Positions 21,420 through 32,001 of a DNA stretch of 64,000 bases are shown piece after piece; the first letter of the stretch is position 1; the number at the start of each line of letters is the position of its first letter. The notes below the pieces were generated by a model. The model did not search any database. It saw only the letters and a program-made list of their open reading frames with translations, and was not told the origin of the DNA. The DNA comes from a virus: positions 32,001-96,000 of IMG/VR virus record IMGVR_UViG_3300011113_000675. The stretch is one strand, 5' to 3'. The position numbers and the translations under genes were made by a program.

Positions 21420-22109
21420 TTCTTCCAAATTTTTCAACTTTAAAAAGTTTAGTTGGTCGAATTTTTCAGATTTAACTCTGTCAATTGTTTCTGAAATTTT
21501 TGTTTTAATATCTTGTGAATCTTCATTGTTTTGGAGATTCATTAATTTCGATATTGTGCTTTCTCTCAATGTTTCAAATTTTGTCTCCAAAGTTTTCGTA
21601 TCTTCTGAAACTATTTGAAAAAATTCTTTTTTGGAGTTTTCATCCAAGCTGAGAATATAGTTGTTCACTGTTTGGTTTGCAACTGCAACCATAGAACTAA
21701 TTGGGATATTAATACTTTCTTTAATAGATTCTTTTGTAGACGTAATAACCTTCAAAATATTTTTCTTCGCATTAACTCTTTCAAGTAAATCCACTCCTTG
21801 AGTGTAAACTAATGTATCAATATCGGAATAATTGTTTTCAGTGTTTTCGGAAAGTGTGATTGGAAGTTTGATACTTGGCAGAACTTTATTCAATAGATTA
21901 ATCCCTTCTTCAATAAAATATTTTGCATCCTGTTCACTTAACCCTTGGGGTGAACTCAGTTGGTCGTATATTGCATATGCTTTAGACATAGCTTTATTAC
22001 TCAAAACGTTGTGTTTGAATTCTCGCAAAGTCTTCTTAAATTCTACTTCATTTTTGTAGGATTCCAAGAGATTTTTTTCAATTAGGGATTTTATTATTCC
22101 GAAGGTCAT
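21411..22109 (-). CDS. Hypothetical head-module protein
   Basis: Downstream of portal, TATTTAT upstream. Confidence 0.6.
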   Translation of the reverse strand: MTFGIIKSLIEKNLLESYKNEVEFKKTLREFKHNVLSNKAMSKAYAIYDQLSSPQGLSEQDAKYFIEEGINLLNKVLPSIKLPITLSENTENNYSDIDTLVYTQGVDLLERVNAKKNILKVITSTKESIKESINIPISSMVAVANQTVNNYILSLDENSKKEFFQIVSEDTKTLETKFETLRESTISKLMNLQNNEDSQDIKTKISETIDRVKSEKFDQLNFLKLKNLEESI

Positions 22110-22130
22110 GGTGTCTTTTTCAAATAAATA

Positions 22131-23984
22131 TTATGAATTTAATAACTTATCTAAGTGTTTTGAAATTTCTCCCAAAGAATCTTGTGCCTGACCTAAATTT
22201 ATCACTTGTGATCCTTCGATTAAATTATTTTCCACTAAAATATTAAGGTCTCTTTTTCTTGATTCAGGAGTTACTTCAGCGGGTGGTGCCTCTTCGGCTC
22301 CCCCTACTGCTGGCGGAGTTTCAGTTTCTCCTCCAGGAATTTCTCCTCCTCCTCCGAATGATGGTGGAGGTCCTAATTCCTCTCCTCCATCTGTAGTTGT
22401 TTGAGCTCCTGCAGTCGGAGTTGCTCCTGTTGCGCTACCATACAATTTGTCGATATTATCAAACAAACCTGTTTTGGTTATCACAGTAGGAGTTGCTTTA
22501 AGTTCCTCTCCAACCGCTCTTTCAATTCTTTGTTGTTGTAAGTCTAAACGTACTTCATCATCAGACCATCCAAATATATGTTTCTTCGCCCATGTAGATG
22601 AAGTTGCTTGTATTCCATTTCCTGGATCAGAAACCAAATCTTTGTACAATAATACTTTTTCTTTCCATACATCAATCTTCAACAAATCTGCTTGAGTTGA
22701 TGGATTAGTTAATCCTAGTGTAAAATTGGATAATTCATCTTCGAATCCTAATAAAAATAAATGTACAATAGCAATTTTATTTAGTTCCGCTAACATACTT
22801 TTTTGGATTCTATTAATTGTACGAGCAAATCTAATATCTTGTAATGCCAAGTTTTTACCGTCACCAACAACTTCTTCAAATCCCAAGAATGCTTTTGGTA
22901 CTCGTAATGCGGTTAATAGTTTCTTTTGAATATATTCAATATCGGCAATTTCAGACAGATTTGTTGCTCCAGGTAATGTATCAATTGGCGTTGGCGCCGC
23001 AGGATCTCGGACAGGGATGAAATAATCTTGGTCAACTGCCATTTGGTTGAATCTCATATCAACATTACCTGTCTTACTATCCACGACTTGTTCTCTTTTG
23101 AATTTGTTGGCAACTCGTTGTACGTATGCTTCAACATCGTCATCATTCATATTTCCAACAAACACTTTGAAAATTCTCCTTTCAGGAGCTCGAGATGTTC
23201 GGTAAATCAACATCGCATCTTCACAAAGTAATAATTGTTTCCAAATACGTCTAGCCTTTTCTAACATAGACGTTCCATAAGGAAGTTTTCTATCATCACC
23301 CAATAACCTGAAGTGAGCAATTTCCCATGATTGGAATTCCATATTCTTATTCTTCCAAGTAAAGTGTAATGCTTTCTTATCCTTATCGACTTCATTTTTT
23401 ACATCGACAGATATTTTTCCACTTGCCCCAACTTCATGTCTTTCGATTTCTATAGTTGGTAATTGTTGACATCCGACAATACCTTTCTCAGGGTCTAATT
23501 TAAGATACACGAAATTGTCCCCATATTTACAGGTATTCCGTGTCCACATTGGAAGGTTGGTATTAACATCTAAAGCATTGTTAAACAAATCAGCTAATAC
23601 CCCTTTTATTCTTTTTGATTCAGAATAAATTTGTAAAATGAATCCATCCTCGTTGGTTGTTGTCGATTCTTCGGCATAAATGTCCAAAGCCGCAGAAATT
23701 TCAGGTGTATACTCCATTGACTCATAGTCATACTGTGCCGACAATCTTGTCGGTTCATAGTATATCGCTTGAGAATATAGATTGTTTTCTACCTTAGCCC
23801 ATTGGTTCGTAAGATAGTATGTTTGTTGTGCTTGGAGTTTTTCTTTTTCGTATTCTTCTCTACTTTTGGTTCGCAGAAGTTCCTTTTTATCAAACTTAAA
23901 TGTCGGATAGTCTTGATTGAGAAGTGAATTAGGTCCAAATGTTTGTGACAATCTTTGCCAAACTGTCATATTTTGTTCTGCCAT
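22131..23984 (-). CDS. Portal protein (T4 gp20-like)
   Basis: EDAMLIYRTSRAPERRIF, DYFIPVR, IDTLPG, ALRVP. Confidence 0.93.
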   Translation of the reverse strand: MAEQNMTVWQRLSQTFGPNSLLNQDYPTFKFDKKELLRTKSREEYEKEKLQAQQTYYLTNQWAKVENNLYSQAIYYEPTRLSAQYDYESMEYTPEISAALDIYAEESTTTNEDGFILQIYSESKRIKGVLADLFNNALDVNTNLPMWTRNTCKYGDNFVYLKLDPEKGIVGCQQLPTIEIERHEVGASGKISVDVKNEVDKDKKALHFTWKNKNMEFQSWEIAHFRLLGDDRKLPYGTSMLEKARRIWKQLLLCEDAMLIYRTSRAPERRIFKVFVGNMNDDDVEAYVQRVANKFKREQVVDSKTGNVDMRFNQMAVDQDYFIPVRDPAAPTPIDTLPGATNLSEIADIEYIQKKLLTALRVPKAFLGFEEVVGDGKNLALQDIRFARTINRIQKSMLAELNKIAIVHLFLLGFEDELSNFTLGLTNPSTQADLLKIDVWKEKVLLYKDLVSDPGNGIQATSSTWAKKHIFGWSDDEVRLDLQQQRIERAVGEELKATPTVITKTGLFDNIDKLYGSATGATPTAGAQTTTDGGEELGPPPSFGGGGEIPGGETETPPAVGGAEEAPPAEVTPESRKRDLNILVENNLIEGSQVINLGQAQDSLGEISKHLDKLLNS

Positions 23985-24020
23985 ACGTAATTTTACTATT
24001 TACCCTGATAATATAAATAG

Positions 24021-25781
24021 TTATTTAGCACCAAATAACCAACCATATTTTTGATAATCTGCTTTACTAGCACCATTATTATTAAGGTGGGGATCTCTTC
24101 CCATCTGAGGTATCATGGGATTGAAAAAATCTGAAGTATTTTTATTTTCGTTGACGACTGACGCCCACGAGTTCAACATTGCTTTTGTATGGTTGACTAC
24201 TTTTGTTAATGATTGAAATGATTTTTCGGCAACATACAAAGCCATCGAAAGTCCCATTATACAATCATCGTGTTGCCCTTTTTGATGGTCAGGTCTTCCG
24301 TTGATGTAAATGAAAGTATTCATTTCATTATATGTCCTATGAGAATAAATTTTAAATCCATGCCTAACAGCTTCTTCAAATGCTGCGATAATTTGAACTC
24401 TTTTTGTGTTAAAGTTAATTCCTGGTATTCTATCATTTATTTTTGGGTCCCACTTCCATTTATTAGATGTGTCTACCCCATCAACATAAAGTCCTGGTTG
24501 ATATTGTAATTCTTGCATTTTTCTTGCAGTAGAAACCCCCATACCACCGGTAATGTCTATAACACAAAACGCATTATACATCGTACCCCATTTGTAAGCA
24601 ATCTCAGCTAATACATCTGGGGGAACTTTTCCAACATATTCTAATACTTGTTCTCGTTCATCAAAATCAATAATTTGTATTGATGAAAAGTCTTCTGAGT
24701 CTCCACGAGAAACGTCAACACCCATCACATACTTGTGGTCATTCACGGGTTCTTTGAAAATCCATAAGGCATTTCCCATAAGTTTGGCTTGTGGAGGTTG
24801 TAATTGATTTTTAGCAATATTTTGCATCAACTCAGAATCAAATACGTTATCACCTGAACCCAAGAAGTTACATTCCAATTCTTGAGCTACTTTTCTTCTA
24901 TCATACTTAAGTTTCTTGACCATCCCCTCAAACCATGATGAACAAGGTTTGTAGCCCTTTTCAATATAATCTGTAACGATACTGTGGTCTCTTTCATATG
25001 GACTATCAGTACTCATATCAATGACCGTGTCTATTGGGTAATCTTCTCTATTGAGTAAGTAATGAACCAAATCATTTGTTTTGACCATATACAAATCTCT
25101 TGTATATCTTGGATCTCTATACCAAAACATTTCAGAAATTTTGAAATCATTCATCCCTCTCAATGATTGGTCATAAATTTCGTAATATATTGGGTCATAT
25201 CCATTTGGTGTTGAAACCACAATAACTTTACCACCCGTGGATAGTGAAGCCATACAAGCGGACCAAAAATCCCCATCGGCCTCGATAAAAGCGGCTTCAT
25301 CAAAAATAAGAATAGTAGGGGTATAACCTCTCAAGGCATCTTTTGATGTTGCAACAGATTTTACTTCACATCCGTTGTTGAGTTTGAAATGTCTTTGTGA
25401 ATTTTTTTCTACTGAGAATGCGATTCCGACCCAAGCTGGCCATTGTTCAATAAACCCTCTAATCTTATTTGCCATTTCGACAGATGTATCCAACTTATTG
25501 GCAATTATTAGAATTTTTTCAGGTTTCTCTTTTCTCGCAAAGGCTAATTTTTTTGAAGCCCAAGCTGCAGTTACGGTTGATACACCTGCCTGTCGGTACT
25601 TGAGGGCAATATTTTCGTTGTATTTTTCGTAATCTTCCAGTAAAGCAACTTGGTCAGGAAAAAGTTCTAATGGAACATACTTTGATACCGTATTATCGTA
25701 TGTCTGTAAATAAGTACGAAGTGCATAAGGGGTATTCCTCATACACTTCGTATATTCTATTATTAATTGTTCTTTATTCAC
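24021..25781 (-). CDS. Terminase large subunit (gp17-like)
   Basis: KYRQAGVST, ILIFDEAAF, VSTPNG, GVDVSRG, HDDCIM. Confidence 0.93.
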   Translation of the reverse strand: MNKEQLIIEYTKCMRNTPYALRTYLQTYDNTVSKYVPLELFPDQVALLEDYEKYNENIALKYRQAGVSTVTAAWASKKLAFARKEKPEKILIIANKLDTSVEMANKIRGFIEQWPAWVGIAFSVEKNSQRHFKLNNGCEVKSVATSKDALRGYTPTILIFDEAAFIEADGDFWSACMASLSTGGKVIVVSTPNGYDPIYYEIYDQSLRGMNDFKISEMFWYRDPRYTRDLYMVKTNDLVHYLLNREDYPIDTVIDMSTDSPYERDHSIVTDYIEKGYKPCSSWFEGMVKKLKYDRRKVAQELECNFLGSGDNVFDSELMQNIAKNQLQPPQAKLMGNALWIFKEPVNDHKYVMGVDVSRGDSEDFSSIQIIDFDEREQVLEYVGKVPPDVLAEIAYKWGTMYNAFCVIDITGGMGVSTARKMQELQYQPGLYVDGVDTSNKWKWDPKINDRIPGINFNTKRVQIIAAFEEAVRHGFKIYSHRTYNEMNTFIYINGRPDHQKGQHDDCIMGLSMALYVAEKSFQSLTKVVNHTKAMLNSWASVVNENKNTSDFFNPMIPQMGRDPHLNNNGASKADYQKYGWLFGAK

Positions 25782-25802
25782 ACAGTTAAATCATATTCTG
25801 AT

Positions 25803-27080
25803 TTATGGTCTTGGTATTCCCAAATCTCTATAAAGTTGGTCATAATCGTCATCATCGTCTTCAGAACCTTCTTCACCTTGGAAATCATCATACTCACTCT
25901 TCGATTGTTGAGCTTGTTTCATAATTTCTTTGAATTTTGCAGTTGCCTTTCTTACTTTTGATTCATCTTCCGAAATTGCATTACCAATGATATCTAAAAA
26001 TTCTTTAGCTTCTGTCTTGTAAAGAATCGAATAAAACCAAGGTACCAATCCTTTGTTTACGTCGTCAAACATCTCATCAGGTAATGCGAATCTGATTTTT
26101 TCCACAATCTCAGGACCAATTCGAAGTTGCATTGGTTCATTAGACAGCACATCTGTGTAAGCCCTTACTTGTTGAGACATTCCGGGGTCTTCAGGTAAAC
26201 CATGTCTACCAATAGATTCTTCAATACCTTTTATAACTTCATGACAGAGAATTGGGAATATCAAACCTTCCGCAACAATCTTAGTATCAGGTTCATCTTC
26301 TCCACCCTCGTCATCATCTTCTTCATCACTGTCTTTATTTACAATCTTAACTTTACCTGCAACACCATTACCTGTCTGAGACATCATCTCAATCATTTGT
26401 TCCATCGTAAAATACATGAAGTCATTGATTGCCATAACGCTCAGATAAGCGGGATATAGTTGTGGGTCGATTGCATCTAATCTTTCTCTAACCTCAGGTT
26501 TTTGAAAAACGTAATGTCCTTTTTTTGCCGCTCCCTGTACCAAGGCATTAATCATATTTCTTTTATGAATTTCTAACTCCATTACTTCTTCGTCAGTCAA
26601 ATCTTCTACGTCGAAAGAGGGAATTTGAGGTATTTCTTTGTCTTCTTTTTTCTTTGGTTTTGTAGCTTGCATTCTGAAGTCTGAAATATTAATAGGAGCT
26701 CTATTCAACAATGCCTCGATTGTGAACCAATCTTCAGGAACTTGCGTTTCTTCCAAACATGCTTCAATTGCAAGTTGTTCTAACTCTTCTTTATGTCTTC
26801 CTTCAATTCTAGTAATACCAGGAACTTTACTCATCATTTCCTGAAAAAGCATTCCTTTAACTTGTTCAGAACTGATGTCCTGAATTCCTGAAACTTGTTT
26901 TAACTTATCAGCAACTTTTCCAAATCGTGAACTTACTAATCTTTGAACATCAGCAACTCCCTTTTTCAATGCAGGATTTTTTGCATACAAACTTTCAGGA
27001 CTTCCTAACTTACGTTCCAAGTTTGGGTCCATTCTTTCGGGTCTGTCCCCGTAATTTATTTGTTCTTTAATCTTCGCCAT
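25803..27080 (-). CDS. Hypothetical protein
   Basis: 425-aa ORF in the late operon. Confidence 0.6.
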   Translation of the reverse strand: MAKIKEQINYGDRPERMDPNLERKLGSPESLYAKNPALKKGVADVQRLVSSRFGKVADKLKQVSGIQDISSEQVKGMLFQEMMSKVPGITRIEGRHKEELEQLAIEACLEETQVPEDWFTIEALLNRAPINISDFRMQATKPKKKEDKEIPQIPSFDVEDLTDEEVMELEIHKRNMINALVQGAAKKGHYVFQKPEVRERLDAIDPQLYPAYLSVMAINDFMYFTMEQMIEMMSQTGNGVAGKVKIVNKDSDEEDDDEGGEDEPDTKIVAEGLIFPILCHEVIKGIEESIGRHGLPEDPGMSQQVRAYTDVLSNEPMQLRIGPEIVEKIRFALPDEMFDDVNKGLVPWFYSILYKTEAKEFLDIIGNAISEDESKVRKATAKFKEIMKQAQQSKSEYDDFQGEEGSEDDDDDYDQLYRDLGIPRP

Positions 27081-27081
27081 T

Positions 27082-28023
27082 TTATTTTTTCAATAAATTT
27101 AAGATAACATCAATTACTTCTTGTTTTGCATCTTCAGGAGATATTCTTCCTGCTTTCGGGTCAATCTGTTCTCCTGGTCTCGGATTTTTTCCGGGATGTG
27201 AGGGTCTTGTTCTTGGTTTTGTGTCAGGTTTCGTAATTGGTTTAGTTGGTGCAGTAGTTGGTTCACCAGCTTTTGGGTCTATTTGTTCACCTGGCCTTGG
27301 GTTTTTTCCAGGATGTGCAGGTCTTGTCCGAGGTTTTGTGTCAGGTTTAGTAGTAGGTTTGACTGGTGCGGTCAATGGTGAGTTTGCTTCTGAAAGATAT
27401 TTCAGTAAGTCACCTTTAGTAATTCTCGGAGGTAAGTTTCTTTCCACGATTTTTATAATTTCTGATTCAATAAACAAAGATACAGGATTTTTTCCTTCTT
27501 CCAATTGTTTTTTTACAGATTTGACACATCTTTCGAATTTTCTTGTTTTTTTCGGACCAAGTTGTGCGTGACAAATTGCCCATGGGTTTTTTTCTTGTTG
27601 CTCACTCATTCCCATCATATCTCTGTCATTATCGGAATCATCGTCCATTCCATCAGGGGCCATGTCATTAGCCATATGAGGTGCATCTTGTCCTGTTAAA
27701 TTTTGTAATGCATCGGCTCCCAAAGCATTCTTGTTATCAACATCATCAGTTTCAGTTTCTTTCATTTCCTCCATTGGAGTTGCTTTAATTCCTGTTGAAG
27801 TTTTTTGGATTACCATTTTTTTCCCTGTAGGCGGTGCAGGTACTGATGTTCCTTTTTCTAAATCAGCTGCTGGTATATTATAAGATGTGGTTGTCTGTTG
27901 AGTAACAGCTTCGACCATCAACTTTGAGTGTAAAATGTTGATTTGAGATTCTGTCAATTTACCGACAGTTTTTGCAGATAATCCTTTTTCAATTAATTCG
28001 AGAGCCTTTTTATTAATTTTCAT
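27082..28023 (-). CDS. Hypothetical protein with duplicated ~39-aa Pro/Thr/Lys repeat
   Basis: Two copies of TKPDTKPRTRPxHPGKNPRPGEQIDPKAG; NPWAIC motif. Confidence 0.65.
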   Translation of the reverse strand: MKINKKALELIEKGLSAKTVGKLTESQINILHSKLMVEAVTQQTTTSYNIPAADLEKGTSVPAPPTGKKMVIQKTSTGIKATPMEEMKETETDDVDNKNALGADALQNLTGQDAPHMANDMAPDGMDDDSDNDRDMMGMSEQQEKNPWAICHAQLGPKKTRKFERCVKSVKKQLEEGKNPVSLFIESEIIKIVERNLPPRITKGDLLKYLSEANSPLTAPVKPTTKPDTKPRTRPAHPGKNPRPGEQIDPKAGEPTTAPTKPITKPDTKPRTRPSHPGKNPRPGEQIDPKAGRISPEDAKQEVIDVILNLLKK

Positions 28024-28408
28024 AAACTACTTTTTTTTCGAATTCCAATATTAAATCTCTTTCATAGAGTTTGTCTTTTATTTGTTGTTCGGACATTCCA
28101 AATCTAAAAACCATTCTTTTCTGATTTTCATACTCGTCTGTTTCCCAGGCTAATGCAACAACATCATCGATTGCATCTTCCATAGAAAAAAAATCGGAGT
28201 TCTGAATCAATTCCAATTTTACATCAGTATTTCTCAGAACTCCTACTTTTTTAATATGATGTAATTCGGGAGGGCTTGGATAACCATTAGCTGGTCTGCT
28301 TTCCCAAGAATCTCCCCAAACATCAAGACTATCAGAGAAAATGAATTCGTAAAGATTGTCTCCCTTATAATTGGGTCCTAAACCATTTACGTATATCAAA
28401 TAACTCAT
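28013..28408 (-). CDS. Hypothetical protein
   Basis: Overlaps neighbours in the operon. Confidence 0.6.
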   Translation of the reverse strand: MSYLIYVNGLGPNYKGDNLYEFIFSDSLDVWGDSWESRPANGYPSPPELHHIKKVGVLRNTDVKLELIQNSDFFSMEDAIDDVVALAWETDEYENQKRMVFRFGMSEQQIKDKLYERDLILEFEKKVVYEN

Positions 28409-29613
28409 ACTAATAATCCTTCAGGTGATATTTTTACTTGTTTTCCTTTATTTTCAAATACTAAGTTTTTCTTATTTGTCACTCCAACAATTTTTGCAGA
28501 AGAATTTTCCTCTAAGAATTTTTTTGCAGATAATTCTTGTTCGATTGATTCACTAAGTCTTATCACCTCTTTCATTTGTTTTTTTACGTCTGAAAATGAT
28601 GAATTTTTTCCCTTGCTTTCAAGAATTTCTTTTTTGGTAATTTCAAAGTATTTGGATATTACTTTTTCAATTTTGGATTCTCCGAAAATACTATCGATGA
28701 TAGCTCCATTCCCATAACCTCCTTCTTCCATTTCATATCCCTCAACAGGAACATCCATATCTGCTTGAATGTCTTCAACTTCACTATCGTCGGTCATATC
28801 TAATCCACCCATGTCATCACCACCCAAATCTTCAGATTCTTCATCGAATTTAGATAATATATCTTCTCTATCTTCTTCAGATAATTCGTTCAAATTGAAT
28901 GAAGATAATACCATGTTGATTACATACTTAATGTCCTCAGAAGTCATTCCTTGGTCAGCATCCAAAGTTCTAATTTTTTGGGTCAATTTACCCGTAAGTT
29001 TTTGAATAGTTTTGAATGTAACTTGTTCTTCTTCTCCAGTTGCCGGAGTTTCCATATCCATAGATACATCTGCCTCAACGTCTCCTTCAGGACCCATATC
29101 TTCCATACCCATATCGATGTTTAATTCATCTCCTCCAGGCATTTCAGCACTTGGAGACGGGGGTAATGACGGAGCTGGTACAGGTGGAGGAGTTGCAGGA
29201 ACCTCAGCCACAGGTGCTGGAGCAGGTGCTGGTTGAGGGGTTTTTAAGGTAAATTTTTTCTGTTCACCGAAAAAAGAAACTCCTTCTTCATTTTCATTGA
29301 TTCTATTCAATTCACCTGCAACTAAATTCAATCTTTTGAAGGCTTGAGAATATGAAGAATAGTACTTTCTATTTTTCATAGGCTCAATATATTCAGTTTC
29401 AGATTCTGAAATGGTTTTTTTGATAATATAACCCTGTCTTTCTTTAACTATCTCATATTGATTACCATCTGCAAGAGAAATAGAATACTCACTTCTCGCA
29501 GTTTCATTTACATTTGATGGAATCACCTCGTTGAAACGAGCAATCTCCATAATTCTTTTTATTTTATCTTGTCCAGTTAACTTTTCACTGCCAAGTGGTT
29601 TTAAATCTCCCAT
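28405..29613 (-). CDS. Hypothetical acidic head-associated protein
   Basis: Pro-rich and acidic linkers; KIKRIMEIA helix. Confidence 0.55.
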   Translation of the reverse strand: MGDLKPLGSEKLTGQDKIKRIMEIARFNEVIPSNVNETARSEYSISLADGNQYEIVKERQGYIIKKTISESETEYIEPMKNRKYYSSYSQAFKRLNLVAGELNRINENEEGVSFFGEQKKFTLKTPQPAPAPAPVAEVPATPPPVPAPSLPPSPSAEMPGGDELNIDMGMEDMGPEGDVEADVSMDMETPATGEEEQVTFKTIQKLTGKLTQKIRTLDADQGMTSEDIKYVINMVLSSFNLNELSEEDREDILSKFDEESEDLGGDDMGGLDMTDDSEVEDIQADMDVPVEGYEMEEGGYGNGAIIDSIFGESKIEKVISKYFEITKKEILESKGKNSSFSDVKKQMKEVIRLSESIEQELSAKKFLEENSSAKIVGVTNKKNLVFENKGKQVKISPEGLLV

Positions 29614-29642
29614 ATTACGATTTATTTATATTTTTTGTTTTT

Positions 29643-30950
29643 TTAATTATTTAATCCTTGGAATCCACCTAAAGATATTGCGTTTAGTTGAACTATTGTT
29701 TCATTTCCATTTTCATCTGTCATGACCTGATATGGTACTGTAGATCCTGATGGTGCTGTCCCTCCACTAAATGACCCTAACATATCAATAGTATATTGAT
29801 ATTGTTGGTTAACTTCTATTGTATAATTAAAAGTTACACTCGGAGTAGGTGTTGCGGTTGGTGTCGAAGGTGGAGTTCCTGTTGGAGTCGGTGTCACAGC
29901 CGCAGTACCTGTTGGTGATGCGGTGATACTCGGGGTTGGAGTGTTCGTAGGTGTTGTCGTACTTGTAGTTGTAACACTTGGAGTTATACTTGGAGTCACT
30001 GTCGGTGACGCACTTATACTTGGTGTTGGCGTACTTGTTGGTGTCACAGAAGGTGTTGCCGTATTTGTCAACGTAGGGGTAGGTGAAGGGGTACTTGGTG
30101 GTGTTGAAGTTGGTGAAGGTGTAATTGATGCGGTGTTTGTCGGTGTTGTAGTTGTCGTAGGAGTGCTTGTATTGGTTGGGGTCAAAGTAACAGTTGGAGT
30201 TGGTGTTGGAGTATTTGATGCCGTAGGTGTTGGAGTGATGTCCGAAATACACTCAAGACAACTATTCCACGGACCATTAAATATTGTAACCGAAGCAGCC
30301 AACGGTGTTTCAAATCCCTCAGTCACTGTATAACATTGATGACTTCCGTCTTCAAACGCTAAGTCATATATTTTATTATTAATTAACGTTCCCGCAAATT
30401 TCACGAAAAACGTTGCTCCACCCTCACATGAATTGATTACATAATAAGTAATTGGCAATGGAGATTTAGTCGGAGTTGGGGTATTTGTTGGTGTAACAGT
30501 CGGAGTCGACGTATTAGTCGAAGTGACTGTCACAGTTGGCGTTTGACTTGCAGTGTTTGTTGGAGTTGCAGTGTTTGTTGGTGTTACACTTGGAGTTGAG
30601 GTATTAGTTGCAGTTTGTGTAACAGTTGGAGTTAGAGTATTTGTAGGAGTTGTAGTATTAGTTGGAGTTACAGTATTCGTTGGAGTCTGAGTTGGTGTGG
30701 CAGTAATTGATGCTGTCGGAGTTGGAGTTATATCCCCAAGACATTCGATACAATTTTCCCAAGGGCCATTAAAAATAGTTGCAGTCGCGGCTAAAGGAGT
30801 CTCAAATCCTGATTCGATTGTATAACAACCGTTAGAACCTCCTCCGATGATAAGGTCGTAGATTTTACCTACAATTAGATTTTCTTCAGACTTGATGTAT
30901 AAAGTATTAGAAGAATTACAAGAAGACGCAATATAATAATTGAAAGCCAT
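29643..30950 (-). CDS. Mucin-like Thr/Pro-repeat protein with two Cys-containing domains
   Basis: Extensive TPTxT repeats; duplicated YY..SC...CY...FNGPW..C.EC domain. Confidence 0.75.
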   Translation of the reverse strand: MAFNYYIASSCNSSNTLYIKSEENLIVGKIYDLIIGGGSNGCYTIESGFETPLAATATIFNGPWENCIECLGDITPTPTASITATPTQTPTNTVTPTNTTTPTNTLTPTVTQTATNTSTPSVTPTNTATPTNTASQTPTVTVTSTNTSTPTVTPTNTPTPTKSPLPITYYVINSCEGGATFFVKFAGTLINNKIYDLAFEDGSHQCYTVTEGFETPLAASVTIFNGPWNSCLECISDITPTPTASNTPTPTPTVTLTPTNTSTPTTTTTPTNTASITPSPTSTPPSTPSPTPTLTNTATPSVTPTSTPTPSISASPTVTPSITPSVTTTSTTTPTNTPTPSITASPTGTAAVTPTPTGTPPSTPTATPTPSVTFNYTIEVNQQYQYTIDMLGSFSGGTAPSGSTVPYQVMTDENGNETIVQLNAISLGGFQGLNN

Positions 30951-31003
30951 TTAATTTTTTCTTTATAAATATACGGTTATTCACATTTATTAAGGTGTAA
31001 GTA

Positions 31004-31747
31004 TCAGTCTTCCATTTTTCTCTCAATAGAAAGTTCTTTATCGAGAGCTTTATTTGACATATCAAACAATTTTTCGATGTGTCCCGACCTTCTCAAAAAC
31101 TTAAATACCAAGTTTTCATAAGAAAGTTCCCCTTCTTTTTCCAAACCTGATTTTCTATAATTTTTTAATTTTTCTTTGATTGAATCTATCAATTTGATGT
31201 CATCTTCCGAATTTTCGGATTCTATCACTTTATCAATTTTTTCAGTCCAGTTTTTGATTTTCTTTTCCAAAACTGATTTATCAATCTCGTTTTCTAACTG
31301 TTTAGGTTTTGTCACCCATTCATCATTCATTACTGAATAAACACCTGTTGCAAAATGTGGCTCTTCATTATCTTGGGCATATAGTTCGACATCATAACCA
31401 AATATTTTGATATCGTGTTTGTCGTTGAATACTTGTTTCTTTAGATTATATAATTCTTTATATAAAGGAGCTTCATCCTCAAATTGTTGTAAATCAACAA
31501 GAATGTGCAAATCGAAATCTGAATATTCTGACCAATTAAAATTTGCTAAAGAACCAGTCAAAACTATATCTTCAACAAAAACATCTTCACCAAGATAATC
31601 GATAAATTTTTCAGCAATCTTCAATAAAGCGTTTTTCACCTTCGGAACCATCTTTGCTTTTTGTGGATTCTCAGGGTTCTCCCAAATTTTTGGATTGAGA
31701 GTTTCTTGTACTGAAAAACTATTGAGGATTTTTTGAAAATTATTCAT
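31004..31747 (-). CDS. Pol-beta superfamily nucleotidyltransferase
   Basis: LTGSLANFNWSEYSDFDLH (GS...DxD) plus third acidic residue in VELY. Confidence 0.75.
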   Translation of the reverse strand: MNNFQKILNSFSVQETLNPKIWENPENPQKAKMVPKVKNALLKIAEKFIDYLGEDVFVEDIVLTGSLANFNWSEYSDFDLHILVDLQQFEDEAPLYKELYNLKKQVFNDKHDIKIFGYDVELYAQDNEEPHFATGVYSVMNDEWVTKPKQLENEIDKSVLEKKIKNWTEKIDKVIESENSEDDIKLIDSIKEKLKNYRKSGLEKEGELSYENLVFKFLRRSGHIEKLFDMSNKALDKELSIERKMED

Positions 31748-31758
31748 CTAAATAAATA

Positions 31759-32001
31759 CTATAACTTCTTATACTTGTAGGCTTTTGATATATCTGTGGT
31801 AAAATACTTTCCTTGTGACTCCGCCATTCTGAATTTAGTGTAAGCTTGGTGAGGAACATCTTCATACTCATATTTGAATCCATTGTTAAATTCTACTACA
31901 AGTTTTTTTGTCTCCGTATCGTATTCTGTTTTTTTAATATTGGAAGATTTTATTTCATTAATAATCTTCGTCCCCTGAATCTCTTCTTTCAGTATCGCCA
32001 T
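31759..32001 (-). CDS. KTSC domain protein
   Basis: SSNI...YD...LVVEFNNG..YEY.DVP...AESQGKYF. Confidence 0.85.
   Translation of the reverse strand: MAILKEEIQGTKIINEIKSSNIKKTEYDTETKKLVVEFNNGFKYEYEDVPHQAYTKFRMAESQGKYFTTDISKAYKYKKL

Noticed and set aside
29827-30333. Alternative-frame ORFs over the TPT repeats
   Set aside because: Low-complexity artefacts of the mucin-like gene.
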